The translations under genes and the position numbers were made by a program. Of a stretch of 64,000 nucleotides of DNA, positions 56,889 to 64,000 are shown in pieces. Below the pieces are notes generated by a model, which did no database searches, had not been told where the DNA came from, and worked only from the letters and a program-made list of their open reading frames with translations. Where the stretch lies: the NCBI GenBank assembly GCA_965261975.1, contig CBDHEC010000022.1:1-64000 (forward strand). The letters are read 5' to 3'. The DNA comes from Alphaproteobacteria bacterium. GTDB taxonomy: Bacteria > Pseudomonadota > Alphaproteobacteria > UBA6615. Within the stretch, counting starts at the first letter, position 1; each line of letters begins with the position of its first letter.

Positions 56889-57644
56889 ATGCGCCTCGAG
56901 GGAAAGACAGCGATCGTGACAGGTTCCGGCTCGGGCTTCGGCGAGGGTATCGCACAGACCCTGGCCCGCGAGGGCGCAGCCGTCATCGTCAATGACGTGA
57001 ACAAGGACGGCGGCGCGCGGGTGGCCGGCGAAATCGGTGACGCGGGCGGGCGGGCGATGTTCGTCGGCGCCGACGTCACCCGCGCGGACGACGTGCAAGC
57101 GATGGTCGATCAGGCGGTCGAGGCCTTCGGCGGCCTGGATGTCCTGGTGAACAATGCCGGCGTGTCCCATCACCGGAAGCCCATGCTCGACGTCACCGAG
57201 GACGAGCTGGACCGTATCCTCGCGGTCAACGTGAAGGGCCTGTTTCACACGGCCAACGCAGCGATCCCGGCGATGAAATCCGGTGGCGGCGGCGCGATCG
57301 TCAACATCGCCTCGACCGGCGCGGTGCGCCCGCGCCCGGGCCTGACCTGGTACAACGCCACCAAAGGGGCGGTGACGACGCTTACCAAGTCGATGGCCGT
57401 CGAACTGGCCGACGACAAAATCCGGGTGAACGCGGTCAATCCGGTCGCGGGCGACACCCCGCTGCTGGCGACCTTCCTGGGCGAGGACACGCCGGAGAAC
57501 CGCGAGGCATTCCGCCAGACGGTGCCGCTGGGGCGGCTGTCGACGCCGGAAGACGTGGCAAACGCCGTGCTGTTCCTGGCGTCCGACGAGGCCGAACTGG
57601 TGACCGGTGTCTGTCTCGAAGTCGACGGCGGGCGCTGTATCTAG
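56889..57644 (+). CDS. SDR family oxidoreductase
   Basis: TGSGSGFG, NNAG, YNATK, VDGGR. Confidence 0.92.
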   Translation: MRLEGKTAIVTGSGSGFGEGIAQTLAREGAAVIVNDVNKDGGARVAGEIGDAGGRAMFVGADVTRADDVQAMVDQAVEAFGGLDVLVNNAGVSHHRKPMLDVTEDELDRILAVNVKGLFHTANAAIPAMKSGGGGAIVNIASTGAVRPRPGLTWYNATKGAVTTLTKSMAVELADDKIRVNAVNPVAGDTPLLATFLGEDTPENREAFRQTVPLGRLSTPEDVANAVLFLASDEAELVTGVCLEVDGGRCI

Positions 57645-58168
57645 CGCGCGCCCTGGTCGAGCATCTGGCGCAGCGTGTCGCGGACCCGGCGGTGCATCGC
57701 CTCGAAGGGTTGCTTGTCGACGCGCAGCCGGGAACCGCAGCGCGGGCGTTCCCTGGCGATTTCCGCGACCACCTTCTGGGACATGGTGAACATCAGGTAG
57801 CGGTCGCGCGGCAAAATTTGGGTCTGGGAACCGGCGTCATCGCCCTCGACGTCCAGCCGGATCACGCTCGCACGGAAATGCTCGAACCCGGGATGGGGGC
57901 TCTCCTCGATATCGGAGTAGGTGGCGCGGATGTCCGCCGCGGTGCTGTCGCGGATCCTGACCAGAAAGGCCTGCGCCGGCCCCGGGTCGTCACCCGACCG
58001 CCGGATCATCACCTCGCGATGCTCCGGCGCCTTGCCGATCACCTCGATACATTCCACCGCCCCCAGATCGACGGTATAGACGTTCCGCGGCCCGCTCTGG
58101 GCATGGGCCACACCGACCAGCGCGACCAGCAATGCCGGCAGACCGGCCAGGATATACCGCGACCTCAT
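57641..58168 (-). CDS. Hypothetical secreted protein
   Basis: Sec signal MRSRYILAGLPALLVALVGVAHA-Q; two Cys; the longer track ORF overlaps the next gene. Confidence 0.65.
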   Translation of the reverse strand: MRSRYILAGLPALLVALVGVAHAQSGPRNVYTVDLGAVECIEVIGKAPEHREVMIRRSGDDPGPAQAFLVRIRDSTAADIRATYSDIEESPHPGFEHFRASVIRLDVEGDDAGSQTQILPRDRYLMFTMSQKVVAEIARERPRCGSRLRVDKQPFEAMHRRVRDTLRQMLDQGAR

Positions 58169-58173
58169 GATGC

Positions 58174-59010
58174 CTAGCCCGCGTGCACCAGGCCGGCGAG
58201 TTCCTGATGGGTGGTCATCCAGACCCAGTCCACATCCTTCACCGCCATGATTGCCTCGCGGAACTCGATCGCGCCATAGGGACGGCCGAACACATGGGCA
58301 TGCGCCGTGATGTCGATCACCGCCGGCGGGCGGCCGATCGTGTCGTACTTGTCGACGATGCGCTTGAGCACGTCGGAATAGGCCTGGGGCGGGTTGCCGT
58401 AGCGCATGTAGAGCGGCAGGTCGTTGATCTCCATGGTGAAGGGGATCGCCGCCAGCGGCCCCGCGGCGGTGTCGAGCCGGTAGGGCAGATCGGTGTTGAA
58501 ATAGTCGATGTGCCACTCGAAACCATTCTCGACCAGCAGCTCGGCGGTGTTGGGGCTGGGCGTGCCGCGCGGGCTCGCGAAGCCTTTGGGCGCCTTGCCG
58601 ACCACGTCGGCGAATAGCGCCGCCCCCTTCTTGAGTTCTGCTTCCTCGTCCGCGCGCTCCTGATAGACCGGTAGATTGTTCTGCATCCAGGCATGGGCGC
58701 CGATGAAGTGGCCGTCGCCATCGATCCGGCGCAGCAGCTCGGGCCATTTCTCCGCAATAATGCCGCTGGCATAGGTGCCGCAAGGCACGCCCAGCTCGCC
58801 GACGATATCGAGCAGCCGCGGTGCGCCGTGGGTCATCCCGTACTCGGCCCAGGAGCGGGACTGGGTGTCGAGATGACCGGCCTTGAGGGGATTGCCCATG
58901 GGGCCGATGCCCGGCGAGGCATCATCGGTCCATGCCTCGCACATGATGTTCACGGACACGGCGAGCGCCTTGCCCGCGGGCCAGCCTTGCGGCAGTTCTG
59001 GTTTCGACAT
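58174..59010 (-). CDS. Polysaccharide deacetylase family (PuuE-like, CE4) protein
   Basis: SWAEYGM..GAPRLL, AHAWMQ, PKGFASPRG, EINDLP, AHAHVFGRP. Confidence 0.85.
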   Translation of the reverse strand: MSKPELPQGWPAGKALAVSVNIMCEAWTDDASPGIGPMGNPLKAGHLDTQSRSWAEYGMTHGAPRLLDIVGELGVPCGTYASGIIAEKWPELLRRIDGDGHFIGAHAWMQNNLPVYQERADEEAELKKGAALFADVVGKAPKGFASPRGTPSPNTAELLVENGFEWHIDYFNTDLPYRLDTAAGPLAAIPFTMEINDLPLYMRYGNPPQAYSDVLKRIVDKYDTIGRPPAVIDITAHAHVFGRPYGAIEFREAIMAVKDVDWVWMTTHQELAGLVHAG

Positions 59011-59167
59011 GGGATCTCCCCGATCAGCGTTTTCTTATGCGTGTTTTCAACAGGTGGCCCGTGTTGCGGTGGGCGCGCCGTCGGGTGATGATACCGCAGG
59101 CGACGACACAGCCAAACCCGCTGCAACTGACGGCGGGACGCATAAATTGCCGACAGGGACCGACGCT

Positions 59168-60190
59168 ATGCTCAAGACCACGATTACCGGAAGCCTGCCC
59201 AAGCCGTCATGGCTTGCACAGCCGGAGAAACTCTGGGCACCGTGGGCCGCCGAGGACCCGGCGCAACTCCAGGAAGCCAAGCATGATGCCGTCCGCCTCG
59301 CGATCCTCGACCAGGAACAGGCGGGCATCGACATCGTCACCGACGGCGAGCAGTCGCGCCAGCATTTCGTCCACGGTATCCTGGAGAAGATCGAGGGCAT
59401 CGACTTCGACAAGAAAACCCGCATCGGCATCCGCGACGACCGCTATGACGCGGACTGCCCGACGGTCGTGTCCGCGCTGAAGCGCAGCGGTTCGATTCAT
59501 GGCGAGGAAGTGAAATTTGCCCGGGCGCAGACCGACCGTGATCTGAAATTCACCATGCCCGGACCGATGACGATCGTCGACACGCTCGCCGACGAGCATT
59601 ACGGCGACCGCCCGAAGATGGCGATGGCCTTCGCGGAGATCCTGAACGAGGAGGCCAAGGAACTCGTCGCCGCCGGGGTGGACGCGCTGCAGTTCGACGA
59701 GCCGGCCTTCAACGTCTATCTCGATGCGGTGCCGACCTGGGGCGTGGAAGCGCTCAACCGCGCCGTCGAAGGCCTCGACTGCACCACCGCGGTGCACATC
59801 TGCTACGGCTACGGCATCGAGGCAAACCTCCAGTGGAAGGCGACACTCGGCGACGTATGGGATCAGTATGCAGCGATCCTGCCCGCACTCGCCGGCAGCG
59901 ATATCGACCAGGTCTCGCTCGAATTCGCGGGTTCGCGGGTGCCGATGGAGGTGATCAAGCTGCTCGACGGCAAGAAGGATGTGCTCGTCGGCGCGATCGA
60001 TGTCACCACCCTGACTGCCGAGGCCCCCGAAGAGGTGGCCGCCGTGATCCGCAACGCGATGGAATACACCTCGCCCGAGCGGATTTTCCCCTGCACCAAT
60101 TGCGGCATGGTCCCCCTGCCCCGCGAGGTGTCCCAGGGCAAGCTCAGGGCGCTCGGCGCCGGCGCCGCTCTGGTCCGCGCGGAACTCTAG
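59168..60190 (+). CDS. mesD: Core (folate-independent) methionine synthase, MesD-like
   Basis: 340-aa MetE C-terminal domain only; GSLPKPSWLA.PEKLW.PW, DGEQSRQHFV, PGPMT, QFDEPAFN, Zn ligands VHICYGYG / E / TNCG. Confidence 0.7.
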   Translation: MLKTTITGSLPKPSWLAQPEKLWAPWAAEDPAQLQEAKHDAVRLAILDQEQAGIDIVTDGEQSRQHFVHGILEKIEGIDFDKKTRIGIRDDRYDADCPTVVSALKRSGSIHGEEVKFARAQTDRDLKFTMPGPMTIVDTLADEHYGDRPKMAMAFAEILNEEAKELVAAGVDALQFDEPAFNVYLDAVPTWGVEALNRAVEGLDCTTAVHICYGYGIEANLQWKATLGDVWDQYAAILPALAGSDIDQVSLEFAGSRVPMEVIKLLDGKKDVLVGAIDVTTLTAEAPEEVAAVIRNAMEYTSPERIFPCTNCGMVPLPREVSQGKLRALGAGAALVRAEL

Positions 60191-60194
60191 TCGG

Positions 60195-61085
60195 GTGGCG
60201 CATCTCGACATCAACGGCGTGCGCCTCTGGGTCGAAGTCGAAGGCCCCGACGACGGCCCGCCGCTCGTCTTCGTGCATGAGTTCGGCGGCGACCACCGGT
60301 CGTGGCGCGGCCAGGTGGATCACTTCAAGGACAGGTTCCGCTGCATCACCTACAGCGCACGCGGCTACCCGCCCTCCGACGTGCCCGACGACGAGGAAGC
60401 CTACGGCCAGGACATCGCGACGGCCGACCTGCTGGGTATTCTGGACGCTTTCGAAATCGAGCGGGCCCACCTCGTCGGCCTCAGCATGGGCGCCTATACC
60501 TGCCTGCGCTTTGTCATGGCACATCCCGACCGGACCGCGAGTGCGGTGGCGGCCAGCGGCGGCTCGGGTTCCTATCCCGACAGTTGCGCGGAGTTCCTGC
60601 GCGAGACCCTGGCCCTGGCCGACCACATCCTGGCGCGAAACTCTCTCGACCTGGCCGGCTTCGCCACCAGCGCAACCCGTATCCAGCTCAAGCTGAAGAA
60701 CCCTGATGGGTGGCGGGAGTTCGCCGATCATTTCACCGAGCATTCGCCCATGGGCTCGGCCTACACGCTCCGGCGTGTCCAGGCCGGCCGGCCCTCGCTC
60801 TATGATTTCGAGGACGCGCTCGGCAAGGTCACGACACCGGTGCTACTGATGATCGGCGACGAAGACGAGCCATGCATCGACACGAATATCTTCCTCAAAC
60901 GCGCCATGCCGTCCGCCGGGCTCGTGGTGTTTCCCAAGAGCGGCCACCTGATCAATCTTGAGGATGCGACAGCGTTCAACGCTGCCATCGATGCCTTTCA
61001 CCGGGACATTGCAAACGAGCGCTGGCCCCGGCGAAACGCCACGACAACGGGTACCAGCGCCTACCTGTCACAAGAGGATTCATGA
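60195..61085 (+). CDS. Alpha/beta hydrolase
   Basis: FVHEFGGD, ARGYPPSDVP, GLSMG nucleophile elbow, GDEDEPC, SGHLINLE. Confidence 0.88.
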   Translation: MAHLDINGVRLWVEVEGPDDGPPLVFVHEFGGDHRSWRGQVDHFKDRFRCITYSARGYPPSDVPDDEEAYGQDIATADLLGILDAFEIERAHLVGLSMGAYTCLRFVMAHPDRTASAVAASGGSGSYPDSCAEFLRETLALADHILARNSLDLAGFATSATRIQLKLKNPDGWREFADHFTEHSPMGSAYTLRRVQAGRPSLYDFEDALGKVTTPVLLMIGDEDEPCIDTNIFLKRAMPSAGLVVFPKSGHLINLEDATAFNAAIDAFHRDIANERWPRRNATTTGTSAYLSQEDS

Positions 61086-62134
61086 GTAACGACGACCATA
61101 TTGTTTCCGCCGACGCCCTGAAGTCCTTCATCAAGGACATCTTCCACGCCTCCGACATGGCCGCCGACCATGCCGAGACCTGGGCCGATATCCTGGTCTG
61201 GGCGAACGCCCGCGGCATGGATTCCCATGGCGTCCTGCGGGTGCCGCGCTACATCGAGTACATGAAGAACGGCAACATCCACGCCCGCCCCGACATCAAG
61301 GTGGAGAAACGCGCCGGCGCCATCGCCATCCTGGATTCCGACTGGGCCCCCGGCCCCGTCGCCATGACCCGGGCCATGGACGAGGCCATCGGCCGGGCGC
61401 GGGAGTGCCATGTGGGCTGGTGCATCGTGCGCAACATCACCCATGGCGGCGCCATCGGCTATTACGCGCTGCAGGCCGCGCGCGCGGGATTCGCGGGAAT
61501 CGTGATCACCGCCTCGCGACCGATGATGGCCTATCACGGCTCCAAGGTGGCGGGCGCCTCGACGAACCCTCTGGCCATCGCCGTTCCCGGCGGCGAACAC
61601 CCGCCGCTGGTCCTCGACATGTCCACGGCGACCGTCTCCATGGGCAAGATTCTCGCCGCCCAGGACAGCGGCACGCCCATTCCCGACGGCTGGGGCATCG
61701 ATGCCGAGGGGCACAACACCAACGACGCCGACGCGGTGAAGACCCTCATGCCCCTGGGCGGCGCCAAGGGCTCGGGCCTGTCGATGATGATCGAGTGCAT
61801 GGTGAGCCTGTTCGCGAACAACCCGCTGGTCGAACCCAACATCCGGCCCGGCGCAAACCCCACCGGCTACCGCCAGAACGGGCTCGCCGCGGCGATCGAT
61901 ATTTCAGCCTTCACCGATCTCGACAGCTACCGCGAGGAGATCGACCTGCTCGCCAAGGGGCTCAAGGCGCTGCCCAAGGCCGACGGCGTCGACGAGATCT
62001 ACGCGCCGGGCGAACGCGGCGACGCGATCCTGGCCGAGCGAACGAAGAACGGCATTCCGCTGCCGCCGGGCACCTGGGACCGCCTGAAGGCCGAGGCCGA
62101 CAAACTCGGCATCGGGATGCCAGAGACGAACTAG
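61082..62134 (+). CDS. Ldh_2 family oxidoreductase (AllD/ComC/YiaK-like)
   Basis: RGMDSHGV.RVP.Y, THGGAIGYY, STNPLAIAVP, LDMSTA, PLGGAKGSGL, PGE. Confidence 0.88.
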   Translation: MSNDDHIVSADALKSFIKDIFHASDMAADHAETWADILVWANARGMDSHGVLRVPRYIEYMKNGNIHARPDIKVEKRAGAIAILDSDWAPGPVAMTRAMDEAIGRARECHVGWCIVRNITHGGAIGYYALQAARAGFAGIVITASRPMMAYHGSKVAGASTNPLAIAVPGGEHPPLVLDMSTATVSMGKILAAQDSGTPIPDGWGIDAEGHNTNDADAVKTLMPLGGAKGSGLSMMIECMVSLFANNPLVEPNIRPGANPTGYRQNGLAAAIDISAFTDLDSYREEIDLLAKGLKALPKADGVDEIYAPGERGDAILAERTKNGIPLPPGTWDRLKAEADKLGIGMPETN

Positions 62135-63225
62135 GCGCCCGCCGGAACCTCGATCCCGAGCAGCTCTGCCGCGTTGGCGCCCATCACCAGCGCCTTGTCG
62201 GCATCGGACAGGTCCTTCACCGAATCCACATGCCCGACCGGGTCGGTCTCGGCCATGTCATAGGGATAGTCGGTGCCCATGATGATGTGGTCGGCACCCC
62301 AGGTCTCGATGAGGTAGCGCAGCTGGTGCTCGGTGAAGACCACCGTGTCGAAGTAGAGCTTCTTCACATATTCCGACGGCGGCTTGGAAATCACCGCCCG
62401 GCAATCATCGCGCAGGTGATAGGGGTGATCGAAGCGCCCGGCATAGGCCGGCACGTATCCGCCGCCATGGGCGATGCAGATCTTCAGGCCCGGATAGGTC
62501 TCCAGATAACCGTCGAACACCAGATGCCCAACCGCCAACGCGGATTCGAGCGGATGCCCGATCGTGTTGCGGAAATAATGGTCGGTCATGCGCTCCTTGA
62601 AGGAGGTGCCGATGGGATGCATGAAGATCACGACCCCCAGTTCCTCGACCCGGGCGAAGAATTTCTCCAGGCCCGCGCGCGTGAGGTCGTTGCCATTCAC
62701 GTTGGTCGAAATCTCGACCCCGCGCATCCCCAGATCGTTGACGCAACGATCGAGCTCGGCGACCGCGATGTCGGCGTCCTGCAGCGGCACGGTGCACATG
62801 CCCACGAAACGGTCGGGGTGCTGGCCGCAGATTTCGGCGATCCGGTCATTGACCACATGGGCCGTGTCCCGCGCGAAGCCCGCCTCGTAGGAATAATTGT
62901 AATGGAACGGTGCGGGCGAGATGGCCTGCACGTCGATGCCCGAGGCATCCATATCGGCGATGCGCACCGCCGGGTCCGTCAGCTTCTCGAGGATGTCCTG
63001 GTGCTGCTTGCGGTTGATCTCGGCCGTGACCTCATTGGTATCCACATAGAGGTTCTTCTGGTCGGCCGCCTCGGCGTTCTTCAGCATCTCGTCGGCTTCC
63101 GGCACATGCACATGGCAATGGATGTCGACGGTGAAGTGTTTCTTGCCGTTGGTGACGGTCTGGCCGTGATCGGCCGCCGGCGCATGGGTGTGCTTGTGGC
63201 CGGGGTTGGAACAGGTAAAGAGCAT
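62131..63225 (-). CDS. Amidohydrolase_2 family metallo-decarboxylase/hydrolase (ACMSD-like)
   Basis: DIHCH, RIADMD..GID, FMHP, AHGGGY, YFDTVV, GTDYPYDM. Confidence 0.88.
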   Translation of the reverse strand: MLFTCSNPGHKHTHAPAADHGQTVTNGKKHFTVDIHCHVHVPEADEMLKNAEAADQKNLYVDTNEVTAEINRKQHQDILEKLTDPAVRIADMDASGIDVQAISPAPFHYNYSYEAGFARDTAHVVNDRIAEICGQHPDRFVGMCTVPLQDADIAVAELDRCVNDLGMRGVEISTNVNGNDLTRAGLEKFFARVEELGVVIFMHPIGTSFKERMTDHYFRNTIGHPLESALAVGHLVFDGYLETYPGLKICIAHGGGYVPAYAGRFDHPYHLRDDCRAVISKPPSEYVKKLYFDTVVFTEHQLRYLIETWGADHIIMGTDYPYDMAETDPVGHVDSVKDLSDADKALVMGANAAELLGIEVPAGA

Positions 63226-63259
63226 CGTGATTTCCCTTCGGGGATAGACTTGGTTTGAA

Positions 63260-64000
63260 TCAGTTGAGTTTCAGCAGCTTGGCCGCGTTCTCGCCCAGGA
63301 TGGCGCGCTTCTGATCGTCGGACAGGTTCGAGCCCATGACGTGACCCACCGGGTCGGTTTCCGCCATGTCGTAGGGATAGTCGGTGCCCATGATCACATG
63401 CTCGGCGCCGTAATGATTGGCGAGGAACTCGAGCTGATCGTGGGTAAACACCACGCTGTCGAAATAGAAGCGGTTGAGGCTGTCGCCCGGCACCTTGTCG
63501 GCGCCCAGTTCACGCTGCATGTCGGCGCGCAGCGGATGGGCATGATCGATACGCCCCGGATAGGAACCAAGGAAGCCGCCGCCATGGGCGAGCACAACCT
63601 TGAGGCCCGGATGCCGGTCCATCACCCCGTCGAAGATCAGGTAGTGGACCGCGACCGTGGTCGCCAGCGGGTTGCCGATGATGTTGGAGAAGTAGTGATC
63701 GGCCAGCCGGTCACCCTTGGCGAAGCCCGACGGGTGAATGAAAACGATCACGTCGAGCTCCTCGCACTTGGCCCAGAACGGATCGAGGCCGGCGCGAGAC
63801 AATTCGGTGCCCGCGACGTCGGCGTTGATTTCCACGCCGCGCATCCCCAGCTCCTTGACCGCGCGTTCGAGCTCGGTAACCGCCATCTGCGGGTCCTGCA
63901 GCGGCACGGTGCACAGGCCGACAAACCGATCGGGGTGTTCGCCGACCACATCGGCCAGCTTGTTGTTCACGGTCTGCGCCACCTCGCGGCCCAGGTCTGG
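63260..64000 (-). CDS. Amidohydrolase_2 family (ACMSD-like) paralog, 5' part outside the window
   Basis: HPDRFVGLCTVPLQD, FIHP, AHGGGF, YFDSVV, GTDYPYDMAETDPVGHV shared with the neighbour. Confidence 0.88.
   Translation of the reverse strand, partial: PDLGREVAQTVNNKLADVVGEHPDRFVGLCTVPLQDPQMAVTELERAVKELGMRGVEINADVAGTELSRAGLDPFWAKCEELDVIVFIHPSGFAKGDRLADHYFSNIIGNPLATTVAVHYLIFDGVMDRHPGLKVVLAHGGGFLGSYPGRIDHAHPLRADMQRELGADKVPGDSLNRFYFDSVVFTHDQLEFLANHYGAEHVIMGTDYPYDMAETDPVGHVMGSNLSDDQKRAILGENAAKLLKLN

Noticed and set aside
57641-58783. 380-aa ORF as one protein
   Set aside because: The first ~205 aa are an alternative frame over the deacetylase gene; the plausible protein starts at 58168 with a signal peptide.
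59011-59167. SAM or cobalamin riboswitch upstream of the methionine synthase
   Set aside because: A small CCCGC...GCGGG hairpin is present, but I cannot match SAM-II, SAM-SAH or B12-box consensus by eye; needs an Infernal search.

Overview
GC-rich alphaproteobacterial DNA (Rhodospirillales-like gene content and order). It appears to be three segments joined at ~6.43 kb and ~44.51 kb; at each join both flanking genes are cut mid-domain, which points to contig concatenation or a real rearrangement. Segment 1 (1-6.4 kb) has a class II glutamine amidotransferase, a fatty acid desaturase, a CBS protein, an uncharacterised lipoprotein plus small helical protein pair, MalY/PatB, a 272-bp MITE that splits a hidden 45-codon gene, CGTC-type REP palindromes and a truncated DUF1524/HNH nuclease. 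Segment 2 (6.4-44.5 kb) has a CoA-transferase/crotonase/PuuE-like/amidase cluster, an oxalyl-CoA synthetase-like plus PanE2-like pair, a PAS-GGDEF-EAL gene, a PHB locus (phaR, overlapping ORF and PhaC-like gene, phaA, phaB), asd, leuBDC, rplS-trmD-rimM-rpsP-ffh, dapF-mtaB-ftsY-yciB, DUF2336 and a truncated RTX protein. Segment 3 (44.5-64 kb) has pgk, a Tat-signal LapG-like protease, tandem amidases, Lrp with a stand-alone 2-oxoacid dehydrogenase E1, a MesD-like methionine synthase without adjacent mesX, an Ldh_2 dehydrogenase and tandem ACMSD-like amidohydrolases. No rRNA, tRNA, CRISPR array or transposase was seen. All family calls come from motif recognition by eye, not from database searches.
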